A stretch of DNA of 59,106 nucleotides, from positions 1 through 59,106 of the forward strand of contig SFFC01000003.1 of NCBI GenBank assembly GCA_004556985.1. Direction: 5' to 3'. The notes below the pieces were generated by a model, which saw only the letters and a program-made list of their open reading frames with translations, was not told where the DNA came from and made no database searches. This document shows, one piece after another, positions 16,826-25,390 of the stretch (positions within the stretch are counted from its first letter, which is position 1; every line of letters starts with the position of its first letter). Origin of the DNA: Clostridiales bacterium. GTDB lineage: Bacteria > Bacillota > Clostridia > Christensenellales > Aristaeellaceae. The position numbers and the translations under genes are program-made.

Positions 16826-16928
16826 TTTACTCTGAAAGTCTTTTTGCAAAGCTCCGGACTCGGCCTCAAAGCCATGGGACTTGCATCACTTGGTCGGAAA
16901 TGCAACCGGCATCATGCCGGTTTTGATG
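16826..16928 (+). repeat. 103-nt conserved element, copy A (candidate structured RNA / regulatory module)
   Basis: 99/103 identical to the reverse complement of 44733-44835. Contains TTGCAT-N13-ATGCAA and the perfect hairpin AACCGGCAT-C-ATGCCGGTT followed by TTG. It lies 166 nt upstream of ATG 17094. Confidence 0.8.
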
Positions 16929-17093
16929 CAAACGAGCGCTGGAATATACGCCCCGGCCCTCCCTCAAGAATATCCAGGCAATTCTGGCATCTGGGCAGGA
17001 TAAAGCCGCCCAGGAGCAGGAGGAAGCCGCTCCTTCCCCCTCACGGTATGGATTCACCCGTGGGGCTGAATATGACGGAAGGGGGAACAAGGA

Positions 17094-18116
17094 ATGCTGA
17101 CCGAAACAACGGTATCCAAGCTGCGGGAAAAGCGGCTGAGCGTCATGGCCAATGCGATAAAAGACCAGCTTGCGGACTCACAGTTCCAGAACATTGCCTG
17201 CGGCGCGGTCTTTCCCATGGTCTTTTACATGGCGCTTGGCGCGGGCGTCCGCAGGGCCGGCGTGGTGGACGAGGCGTTTCTCAACCGCCTGACGGCCATG
17301 GTCTTCAAGGTCTTTTTTCCGATTCTGATGCTCAAAAACATCTACTGGGCGGAGGCGGCGGACCGCACGAATCTGCGGTTTGTGCTCTACGCGCTGACGA
17401 GCGTCCTGCTGCTGATTGCGCTGTGCATGCTGCTGGTTCCGCGCGTGATTCATGAGGATGCGCGGCGCGGCGTGGTCGTCCAGGCGATCTACCGGAGCAA
17501 TCTGACGCTGTTCACCATCCCGCTGGCGCAAAGCGTGTACGGCAGCGGCGCAGATCTGCTGATCTCGCTGCTGATCGCGCTGATCATACCGCTGTACAAC
17601 GTCTCGGCGATCGTGATTCTGGAGTATTTCCGCGGTGGCTCCGCCAGCGCGAAGGCGCTGGCGAGGAAGATCGCTGCGAATCCGCTGATTCTGGGCATCG
17701 TGGCTGGCGCGCTGCTGCGCGTGCTGCGGATTCCCATCCCGGCGATCGCGGAAAAGCCTATCCGCACGCTGGCGGATCTGACCACACCGCTTGCGCTGTT
17801 CGCCCTGGGCGGCACGCTGCATCTCACCTCTGTGAGAAAGAACCGGCGCATCCTTTTGCCGGTCTTCCTGCTGCGCATGGTGCTCATTCCGGCGCTGTCC
17901 TACGGCGTGACGATGCTGCTTCCCTTTACGCCCATGGAGCGGTTCATGCTGCTGATGCTTTTTGCGACGCCGATTGCGACGAGCTCCTATCCGATGGCGC
18001 AGAGCATGGGCGGCGACGGCAGCCTGGCGGGGGAGCTGGTAGCGCTGACCAACATGGGTTCCGTGGTGACGCTGTTCTTGTTTATCTTTACACTGAGCCG
18101 GATGGGGCTGCTGTAG
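17094..18116 (+). CDS. AEC (auxin efflux carrier) family transporter
   Basis: AAGGGGGAA RBS. Polytopic hydrophobic protein with the two-halves layout and motifs (FPILMLKNIY.., NPLILGIVAGALL, TPLALFALGGTL) typical of the membrane transport protein/AEC family. An alternative start at ATG 17145 is possible. Confidence 0.8.
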   Translation: MLTETTVSKLREKRLSVMANAIKDQLADSQFQNIACGAVFPMVFYMALGAGVRRAGVVDEAFLNRLTAMVFKVFFPILMLKNIYWAEAADRTNLRFVLYALTSVLLLIALCMLLVPRVIHEDARRGVVVQAIYRSNLTLFTIPLAQSVYGSGADLLISLLIALIIPLYNVSAIVILEYFRGGSASAKALARKIAANPLILGIVAGALLRVLRIPIPAIAEKPIRTLADLTTPLALFALGGTLHLTSVRKNRRILLPVFLLRMVLIPALSYGVTMLLPFTPMERFMLLMLFATPIATSSYPMAQSMGGDGSLAGELVALTNMGSVVTLFLFIFTLSRMGLL

Positions 18117-18153
18117 GCGGTCCGCCCGGAGAAATGAGGAAAGGAGCGGTTTT

Positions 18154-19035
18154 ATGGATTTCAAGGTATGCTTTATCGGCTTCGGCGAGGCGGCCTATCA
18201 TATCGCCCGGGGGCTGAGCGGCGAGGGCTTTGGCCCGATGGCTGCGTTTGACGTGATGTGGCAGGACGAGCGCTTTGGCCCGTCGATCCAAAAGCGCGCG
18301 GAGGAGACGGGCGTGACGCTGCTCTCCGACGCGGATGCGTGCATCGGCCGGGCGGAATTTGTCTGCTCGCTGACGAGCGCCGCGGTGGCGGTGCGCGTCG
18401 CCTCCGGCATCGTGCCGAAGCTGACGGCGGGGCAGACCTATGTGGACATGAATTCCGCCGGGCCGGGCGTCAAGGAGGAGATCGCGGCGCTCAGCCATGC
18501 CGAGGGTGTTCGAATCTGTGACGCCGCGGTGATGGGCACCGTGCCGGGCAACGGACACAGGGTTCCGATGTTCCTGGCCGGCGACGGTGCGCAGGCGTTC
18601 TGCGACGCCATGACTCCATTCGGCATGCGCCTGACGGTGCTCGACCGGCCTGCGGGCAGCGCCTCGGCCATCAAGATGCTCAAGAGCGTCGTCATGAAGG
18701 GCCTGCCGCAGCTGATGCTGGAATCCTTCGTCGCCGCGCAGCGCTATGGGGTGCTCGATACGCTGGTGGGCAGCCTGAGCGGCTCGCTCAACGGCAAGAC
18801 GGTGGAGCAGCTGGCGGATACGTTCGTCGCGCGCACGGCCATTCATGCAGCCCGCCGCGCGGACGAGATGCGGGACGTGCAGAAGATGCTCTCCGGACTC
18901 GGCTGCGACAGCCGCATGACCGAGGCGACGATCGAAAAGCTTGACGATCTGGCCGCCCAGGGGTGGCGGGAAAAGCTGGGCCCGGATGGCGGAAGCATGA
19001 AGTTCCGCGACGCGATCCGGCTCCTTGCCAAGTAA
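18154..19035 (+). CDS. NAD(P)-dependent oxidoreductase, 6-phosphogluconate-dehydrogenase-like fold with a DUF1932-type C-terminus
   Basis: AAAGGAG RBS. N-terminal Rossmann motif KVCFIGFGEAAYHIARGL. SAIKMLKSVVMKGL segment as in the beta-hydroxyacid dehydrogenase/DUF1932 family. Confidence 0.8.
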   Translation: MDFKVCFIGFGEAAYHIARGLSGEGFGPMAAFDVMWQDERFGPSIQKRAEETGVTLLSDADACIGRAEFVCSLTSAAVAVRVASGIVPKLTAGQTYVDMNSAGPGVKEEIAALSHAEGVRICDAAVMGTVPGNGHRVPMFLAGDGAQAFCDAMTPFGMRLTVLDRPAGSASAIKMLKSVVMKGLPQLMLESFVAAQRYGVLDTLVGSLSGSLNGKTVEQLADTFVARTAIHAARRADEMRDVQKMLSGLGCDSRMTEATIEKLDDLAAQGWREKLGPDGGSMKFRDAIRLLAK

Positions 19036-19174
19036 AAAAGCCATCTTCGCCGGTTGGGGACGCAGATCAAAAGCAGCCTCTTCCTGACGCGCAGCCTTTG
19101 CCGCGCCTCGGGGAGAGGCGCTTTGCTTTGCGGAGCCTCCTTCCGGCCGACGGCCCGGAGCTGCGCACGCCGCA

Positions 19175-19203
19175 TTGACAGGCAAAACGGATAACAGTAT
19201 ACT
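19175..19203 (+). promoter_or_regulatory. Promoter preceding a ~175-nt leader of the ArsC-family gene
   Basis: TTGACA (19175-19180), 17-nt spacer, TATACT (19198-19203). Confidence 0.55.
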
Positions 19204-19378
19204 GTATGGGAAGAGGCGGGAGCCGGGAAAAAACGGGCAAGGAAGTAGGGCCTGCCTGAATTCTGCAGGATCGGCTTTGCCATTGCCCTGGAGGCAGGGT
19301 GGCCCTGAAAGCGCGCAGGCGCTGTATGCGCCCGCTTCTGCGCGAATCGCGACAGAACTAGGACGAGGAGGATGAACC

Positions 19379-19747
19379 ATGCTGTTTCTCTGCTATCCCA
19401 AATGCACGACGTGCCAAAAGGCGCAGCGCTTTCTGGAGGAGCGCGGCGCTTCGTATACCCTGAGGGACATCAAGGCCCAGAACCCGACGCGGGAGGAGCT
19501 GGCGGCCTGGCAGGCGCGCAGCGGCCTTCCGCTGCGCCGCTTCTTCAACACCAGCGGCCTGCAGTACCGCGCACTCAATTTGAAGGAACGGCTCGCGCAG
19601 ATGGGCGAGCCGGAGCAGCTCGACCTGCTCGCATCCGACGGCATGCTCGTCAAGCGGCCGATTCTGGTGCTGGATCGCCGCGTGCTCGTGGGCTTCAAGG
19701 AGGCGGAATGGGCGCAGGCGCTGGAGGACTCCGCGCAGAACGACTGA
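19379..19747 (+). CDS. ArsC/Spx-superfamily protein (arsenate-reductase-like, thioredoxin fold)
   Basis: GAGGAGGA RBS. MLFLCYPKCTTCQKAQRFLEERG..LRRFFNTSGLQYRAL..MLVKRPILV matches the ArsC family pattern. Confidence 0.85.
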   Translation: MLFLCYPKCTTCQKAQRFLEERGASYTLRDIKAQNPTREELAAWQARSGLPLRRFFNTSGLQYRALNLKERLAQMGEPEQLDLLASDGMLVKRPILVLDRRVLVGFKEAEWAQALEDSAQND

Positions 19748-19832
19748 GCCAGGCCGGGAAGTTCGGGCGGAAACTGGCGCCCGGGCAGGAGATAACCGTG
19801 CAGGAACATGATCAAGAAAGGAACGGACGACC

Positions 19833-20606
19833 ATGAAGATTGCGAAAATTGAGCTGTTCAAGGTGGCGCCGCGCAGGGCTACCGCGCCGTCAAGATGAAC
19901 GGCACGGATGAGATGCGGTGGATCGACACCTACGACAAGCTCGAGGCGGCGGAGGAGCGCGTGGCGGCGGTCCGCGAGGCGCTGCCTTCCATGCGCATCG
20001 CGGTGGACTTCCATGGCCGCGTGCACAAGACGATGGCCAAGCAGCTGATCCATATGCTCGAGCCGTACAACCTCATGTTTGTCGAGGAGCCCGTGCTCTG
20101 CGAGAACGAGGATGAATTCCTCGAGTTCGCGCACCTGCCATACGCCCATCGCGACGGGCGAGCGGAACTTCACCCGCTGGGGCTTCAAGCACATGCTGAC
20201 CCGCGGCGGCGTGGACATCATTCAGCCCGACGTCAGCCACTGCGGCGGCATCCTCGAGGCGAGGAAGATCGCCGCGATGGCGGAGGCTTTTGACGTGGCC
20301 GTCGCGCTGCATTGCCCGCTCGGCCCGATCGCACTGGCGGCCTGCCTGCAGGTGGACTTCTGCACACCCAACGCCTTCATCCAGGAGCAGAGCGCGGGCA
20401 TCCACTACAACGACGGCTACGACCTGCTCAACTACATCCGCAATCCCGAGGTATTCACCTACAGGGACGGCATGTGCGACCTGCTGACCAGGCCGGGCCT
20501 GGGCATCGACGTCAACGAGGAATACGTCCGCGAGATGGCGAAAACGGGCCATGACTGGCATAACCCGGTCTGGCGCGACAGCGACGGCGTCATCGCCGAG
20601 TGGTAA
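19833..20606 (+). pseudogene. dgoD: D-galactonate dehydratase (enolase superfamily) with an internal deletion and a frameshift
   Basis: MKIAKIELFKVAPR (frame of 19833) jumps directly to ..[41 protein letters not shown] (ORF 19895). It then shifts to ..[72 protein letters not shown] (ORF 20079). About 130 aa of the N-terminal domain are missing relative to E. coli DgoD as I recall it. Confidence 0.8.
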
Positions 20607-20844
20607 GGCACGGGCCTGAGCGGGGCGCTGCGCAGCAGGGGATGCCCGCCATACCCGGCGTGGGACTGAGAAGGGAGAACAGGCAAGGGAGAGCTGTTGC
20701 GAAGCAGCCCTTCCTTTTTTGTTGGAGGCGAAGAGAACGGCCTTTCAAGAAAACGGTTGCTTGAAAGCGGGCGAGGAAACGGGTTTTTTCGGAAGAATGG
20801 GGCAAAAAGATAGGGGATATTTCAACAAAAATGCGAAAAGAATG

Positions 20845-20873
20845 TTGACGATCCGAGTCGAATGTGCTATGAT
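20845..20873 (+). promoter_or_regulatory. Promoter of the SDR-TRAP operon
   Basis: TTGACG (20845-20850), 17-nt spacer, TATGAT (20868-20873). Confidence 0.55.
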
Positions 20874-20887
20874 AAGCGCAGATGAAA

Positions 20888-20901
20888 TGAAAACGGTTTC
20901 A
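20888..20901. promoter_or_regulatory. LacI/GalR-type operator
   Basis: TGAAAACGGTTTCA fits TGNAANCGNTTNCA with arms TGAAA/TTTCA. It lies 15 nt downstream of the -10. The likely cognate regulator is the LacI gene at 27390. Confidence 0.55.
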
Positions 20902-20924
20902 TGAAAGAGAAGAAAGGAGGAGCT

Positions 20925-21683
20925 ATGAGCGAGCTGTTTTCCCTGAAGGGGAAAAACGCGCTGGTGACCGGCTGCGCGACGGGCATCGGCCGGGGAATCG
21001 CTGTCGGTCTGGCCAGGGCGGGGGCGGTCGTCCTCGCGATGGATATCGCCGATCTGAGCGAGACCCGGGAGGCGGTGGAGCGCGTGGGCGGCGCTTTGCG
21101 GGCGTATCCTGTGGATCTGTCGCAGAGCGGGAGCATCGACGAGGCCTGGGACCGCGCCGTGGAGGAAAACGGGCATGTCGACGTTCTGTTCAACAACGCC
21201 GGGATGCAGCATCGAGAAAGCGTTTTCACCTATCCGGAGGAGGTTCTGGACAAGATTCTGGCGGTGAACTTCAAGGCGGCCTACCGGCTGTCCCAGAAGG
21301 CCGCCAACCACTTTGTTCAGCGCGGGTACAGGGGGAAGATCGTCAACACGGCATCCCTGTTTTCCACCTTCGGGGGCGTGAACGTCAGCGGGTATACCTG
21401 CACGAAGGGCGCGGTGCTCTCCATGACCCGGGCGCTGTCCAACGAGCTGGCGCCGCATGGAATTTGCGTCAACGCGATTGCGCCGGGCTATATCCGCACG
21501 GAGCTGACCCGGTCGATCTATGAGGATGCACAGAAGAGAAGGCCCATGGACGAGAGGCTCCCCATAGGCCGATGGGGAACGCCGGAGGATTTTGAGGGCG
21601 TCGCGGTCTTTCTGGCCTCCGCGGCCTCGGACTACATCACCGGCGTGATGATTCCGGTAGACGGCGGTTATACCGCACGATAA
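20925..21683 (+). CDS. SDR family oxidoreductase (KduD/gluconate-5-dehydrogenase-like)
   Basis: ORF 20901..21683 trimmed to ATG 20925 (AAAGGAGG RBS). TGCATGIGRGIA cofactor motif, NNAG, catalytic YTCTK. Confidence 0.85.
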   Translation: MSELFSLKGKNALVTGCATGIGRGIAVGLARAGAVVLAMDIADLSETREAVERVGGALRAYPVDLSQSGSIDEAWDRAVEENGHVDVLFNNAGMQHRESVFTYPEEVLDKILAVNFKAAYRLSQKAANHFVQRGYRGKIVNTASLFSTFGGVNVSGYTCTKGAVLSMTRALSNELAPHGICVNAIAPGYIRTELTRSIYEDAQKRRPMDERLPIGRWGTPEDFEGVAVFLASAASDYITGVMIPVDGGYTAR

Positions 21684-21701
21684 AAAAGGAGGAGAAGACT
21701 C

Positions 21702-22694
21702 ATGAAAAAGACGGTTATCTGGATCCTGGCGGCCATGCTGTGCGTGTGCATGGTCTCGGGCGCTGCGGCAGAGACGATGACGCTGCGCCTCTCCAACAAC
21801 CAGCCGGAGGGCAACGTGACGACGAAGGCCTGCGAGTGGTTTGCCGAGCAGGTTCACGAGCGGACGGACGGCAGAATCACCATCGAGGTCTACAACAGCG
21901 GCACGCTGGGCGATGCGGTCTCCTGCCTGGAGCAGGCGCAGTACGGCGGCATGGATATCATCAAGGCCGATCTGTCCACGATGACCAACTTCGTGGATGA
22001 TTACAACGCGCTGATGATGCCCTTCATCTACGAGGATCTGGAGCACTTCTGGGCCGTTCACGGCGGCGACATCGGCATGGGCATCCTGCGCGGCCAGGCG
22101 ATGGCAGACGCGGGTCTCTACGGCCTGACGTATTATGACGCCGGCTCCCGCTGCTTCTTCAGCTCCAGGCCGATCCACACGCCCGCGGACATGAAGGGCA
22201 TGCTCGTGCGCGTGCAGCAGTCTGAGCTGATGATGTCCATGGTCGAGGCGCTGGGCGCCAGCTCCGTGGCCATCGCGTATTCCGAGTGCTATTCCTCCCT
22301 GCAGACCGGCGTGTGCGACGCGGCGGAGAACTCGATCGTCAACTATCTCGACATGTCCTTCTATGAGGTCGCGCCCTACTACATCAAGGATGACCACACC
22401 TGCTCGGCGGACATCCTGGTCATGAGCGCGAAGACCCGCGAGAAGATCAGCGAAGAGGATCTGGCGATCATCGACGCGACGGCGCTCGAGTCCTGGGAGC
22501 TTCAGAAGGACTGGTGGGCCGAGGCCGAGAAGGAGAACGAGCAGAAGCTGCTCGAGACCGGCAAGGTCGAGATCTACACGCCGACCGAGGCTGAGAAGGC
22601 CGAGTTCCGCGAGGCCTGCACTCCGATCTGGTACAGCTATGAGGGCGGCAAGTATGCGGATCTGGTCGACCAGATCAACGCGGCTGCCGAATAA
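21702..22694 (+). CDS. TRAP transporter substrate-binding protein (DctP family)
   Basis: AAAGGAGGAG RBS. Signal peptide MKKTVIWILAAMLCVCMVSGAAA. DctP-like body. Gene order P-Q-M. Confidence 0.85.
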   Translation: MKKTVIWILAAMLCVCMVSGAAAETMTLRLSNNQPEGNVTTKACEWFAEQVHERTDGRITIEVYNSGTLGDAVSCLEQAQYGGMDIIKADLSTMTNFVDDYNALMMPFIYEDLEHFWAVHGGDIGMGILRGQAMADAGLYGLTYYDAGSRCFFSSRPIHTPADMKGMLVRVQQSELMMSMVEALGASSVAIAYSECYSSLQTGVCDAAENSIVNYLDMSFYEVAPYYIKDDHTCSADILVMSAKTREKISEEDLAIIDATALESWELQKDWWAEAEKENEQKLLETGKVEIYTPTEAEKAEFREACTPIWYSYEGGKYADLVDQINAAAE

Positions 22695-22789
22695 TCCGAA
22701 GGACACAGGGCGGAGTGGGGGTTAGCCACTCCGCCCGTTTTTCGGGCGAACGAAACGGACTGTCCGACAGGAAGGCCGGGAGGAGAAAT

Positions 22790-23296
22790 ATGTCTGCAAC
22801 GATGAAAAAGGGGCTGCAGCGCATCTACCGATGGATGTATGCGGCGATATATGGCTACGCCAGGCTGTCCCTGCTCGTGGTGATCGCCATTGTCAGCGCG
22901 CAGGTCGTCGCGCGCAATATCTTCAGATCGAATATCCGCTGGAACCAGGAGGTCGCGCTGCTGCTGACCATCTGGATGGCCTTCCTCGGGCTGGCCATCG
23001 GCGTGGACAAGGGGCTGCACATCCGGGTGGAGCTGTTCTGCTCCTTCCTCCCGGAGCGGGCGCAGCGGATTGTTGACAAGGTCAATCGGATTCTTCTGCT
23101 CGTCGTGGGCGCGTTTTTCACCTATTACGGCGTCAAGCTGATCGCCGCGACGGCCAATTCCAAGCTGACCGTGACCAAGTGGCCGGCCTGCCTGATGTAC
23201 ATCATGATCCCCGTGGCGGGACTTTGCATGATGTACTTTGTCGCGATGAAGATGCTGGGCATACAGGCCGATGAAGGAAAGGAAGTGAAGGAATGA
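22790..23296 (+). CDS. TRAP transporter small permease (DctQ family)
   Basis: ORF 22715..23296 trimmed to ATG 22790 (GGGAGGAG RBS). Four hydrophobic spans. The stop overlaps the next start. Confidence 0.8.
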   Translation: MSATMKKGLQRIYRWMYAAIYGYARLSLLVVIAIVSAQVVARNIFRSNIRWNQEVALLLTIWMAFLGLAIGVDKGLHIRVELFCSFLPERAQRIVDKVNRILLLVVGAFFTYYGVKLIAATANSKLTVTKWPACLMYIMIPVAGLCMMYFVAMKMLGIQADEGKEVKE

Positions 23297-24585
23297 TGGA
23301 ATCCGCCGCGATTGCGATTCTGCTGGTTTCCTTTATCGTGCTGGTGTTTTTCAAATGCCCGATCACGTTTTCGATGGTCATCTCCACCAGCCTGACGATG
23401 CTCTATCTGAATATCCCCGTCATGACGATGGCGCAGCAGATGTGCAAGCAGCTCAACTCCTTCACGCTGCTGGCCATTCCGTTCTTCATTCTCATGGGCG
23501 AGCTGATGGCGGCCGGCGGCATCTCGCAGCGTCTGCTCAAGTTTGCCAACGTCTGCGTGGGCCGGCTGATGGGCGGCCTGGCGCATGTGAACGTGCTGGC
23601 CTCCATGCTCTTTGGCGGCATCTCCGGCTCGGCCATCGCGGATGTCTCCTCGCTGGGCGTGATCGAGATCCCGATGATGACGGACGCGGGCTATGACAAG
23701 GACTTTTCGACCGCCATCACGGTCGCCAGCGCCTGCCAGGGCCTGATCATCCCGCCGTCGCACAACATGGTTCTCTACGCGATGGTGGCGGGCGGCGTCT
23801 CCGTGGGCAAGCTCTTCTGCGCCGGCTACATCCCGGGCGTTCTGCTGGGCCTGAGCCTCATGGTCTGCGCCTACATCATCTCCAAGAAGAGAAACTACCA
23901 GCGGGGCGAGAAGGTGCCGCTGCGGGAAGCGCTCGCCGTGACCAAGGATACGCTGCTGGCGATGCTCGCGATGGTCATCGTCATCGGCGGCGTCTCCATC
24001 GGTATCTTCACGACGACCGAGTCGGCGGCGATCGCCTGCCTCTACTGTGCGTTCATCGGGCTGTTCGTCTACAAGGAGATGAAGCTCTCGGATCTGCCGG
24101 CGATCTTTGGCCGGACGGTCAAGACCCTGGCGATGATCTACGGCCTGATCGCGGCCGCGGGCGCGTTTGGCTGGATGATGACCTATCTGAAGATCCCGAC
24201 GCTGGCGACCAACCTGCTGCTGAGCATCAGCAGCAACAAGATCGTCGTCCTGCTGCTGATCAACGTGATTCTGCTGCTGCTGGGCTGCTTCATGGATCTG
24301 GCGCCGCTGGTGCTGATCATGACGCCGATCCTCCTGCCGGTCGTCAAGAGCTTCGGCATGGATCCGGTGCAGTTCGGCGTGATGATGATGCTCAACCTGG
24401 GCATCGGCCTGTGCACGCCGCCGGTCGGCACGGCGCTCTTTACGGGCTGCGCGATCGCCGACATGAAGATCGAAAAAGTTTCCAAGGCGATTTTGCCGCT
24501 GTATCTGCCGATGCTCATCGTGCTGCTTCTGGTCGCCTATGTGCCCGCGCTGACGATGATGCTGCCGAATCTGATCATGCGATAA
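23293..24585 (+). CDS. TRAP transporter large permease (DctM family)
   Basis: 430-aa polytopic protein with typical DctM segments (LLAIPFFILMGELM, GGISGSAIADV, GIGLCTPPVGTALF). Confidence 0.9.
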   Translation: MMESAAIAILLVSFIVLVFFKCPITFSMVISTSLTMLYLNIPVMTMAQQMCKQLNSFTLLAIPFFILMGELMAAGGISQRLLKFANVCVGRLMGGLAHVNVLASMLFGGISGSAIADVSSLGVIEIPMMTDAGYDKDFSTAITVASACQGLIIPPSHNMVLYAMVAGGVSVGKLFCAGYIPGVLLGLSLMVCAYIISKKRNYQRGEKVPLREALAVTKDTLLAMLAMVIVIGGVSIGIFTTTESAAIACLYCAFIGLFVYKEMKLSDLPAIFGRTVKTLAMIYGLIAAAGAFGWMMTYLKIPTLATNLLLSISSNKIVVLLLINVILLLLGCFMDLAPLVLIMTPILLPVVKSFGMDPVQFGVMMMLNLGIGLCTPPVGTALFTGCAIADMKIEKVSKAILPLYLPMLIVLLLVAYVPALTMMLPNLIMR

Positions 24586-24614
24586 GACGACACAAAGGAT
24601 GGGAGGGGTGCAGG

Positions 24615-25379
24615 ATGAAAACTGCGCTGGTCACAGGCGGGAGCCGGGGCATCGGGCTGGCCATCGCGCTGGAGCTGGGCCGGGCGGGCTATGCGGTCGC
24701 GATCATGGCGACAAAGCCCGAGGAGCGCTATCCGCAGAGCACGCAGCGGCTGCGCGGCGCTGGCGTGACCTACAGCTGGCATGCCGGCAGCATCGCGGAT
24801 TCTGCGGACAGAAAGCGCATCGTCCGGGAGACGGTCGCCGCGCATGGCCGCATCGACGTGCTGGTCAACAACGCCGGCATCGCGCCGAGGCAGAGAAACG
24901 ATCTGCTGCAGATGACGGAGGAGAGCTTTGACGAGGTGATCGCCACGAACACAAAGGGCAACATGTTCATGACCCAGGAGGTGGCCCGGCAGATGCTCTC
25001 CCAGGAGAGCGGGGTGCAGACGCGGGGCGTGATCGTCAACATCTCCTCCTGCTCGGCGGAGGTTTCCTCCGTCAACCGAGGCGAATACTGCGTCTCCAAG
25101 GCGGGCATCTCCATGCTGACTAGGCTCTACGCGGACAGGCTTGCGCCGGAGGGCATCCGGGTGTACGAGGTGCGTCCGGGCGTGATCCGCACTGACATGA
25201 CCTCCGGAGTTTCGGGAAAATACGACCGCCTGATCGCGGAGGGAGTGTTTCCCATCGCCAGATGGGGAACGCCGGAGGATGTGGCCAGGGCGGTTCGGGC
25301 CTTCTGCTCGGAGGATTTCGCCTATACGACCGGCAATTACATCGATGTGGACGGCGGCTTCCATATCCGACGGCTTTGA
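24615..25379 (+). CDS. SDR family oxidoreductase (FabG-like)
   Basis: ORF 24411..25379 trimmed to ATG 24615 (GGGAGGGG RBS). TGGSRGIG, NNAG, catalytic YCVSK. Confidence 0.85.
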   Translation: MKTALVTGGSRGIGLAIALELGRAGYAVAIMATKPEERYPQSTQRLRGAGVTYSWHAGSIADSADRKRIVRETVAAHGRIDVLVNNAGIAPRQRNDLLQMTEESFDEVIATNTKGNMFMTQEVARQMLSQESGVQTRGVIVNISSCSAEVSSVNRGEYCVSKAGISMLTRLYADRLAPEGIRVYEVRPGVIRTDMTSGVSGKYDRLIAEGVFPIARWGTPEDVARAVRAFCSEDFAYTTGNYIDVDGGFHIRRL

Positions 25380-25390
25380 TGGAGAAGAAT

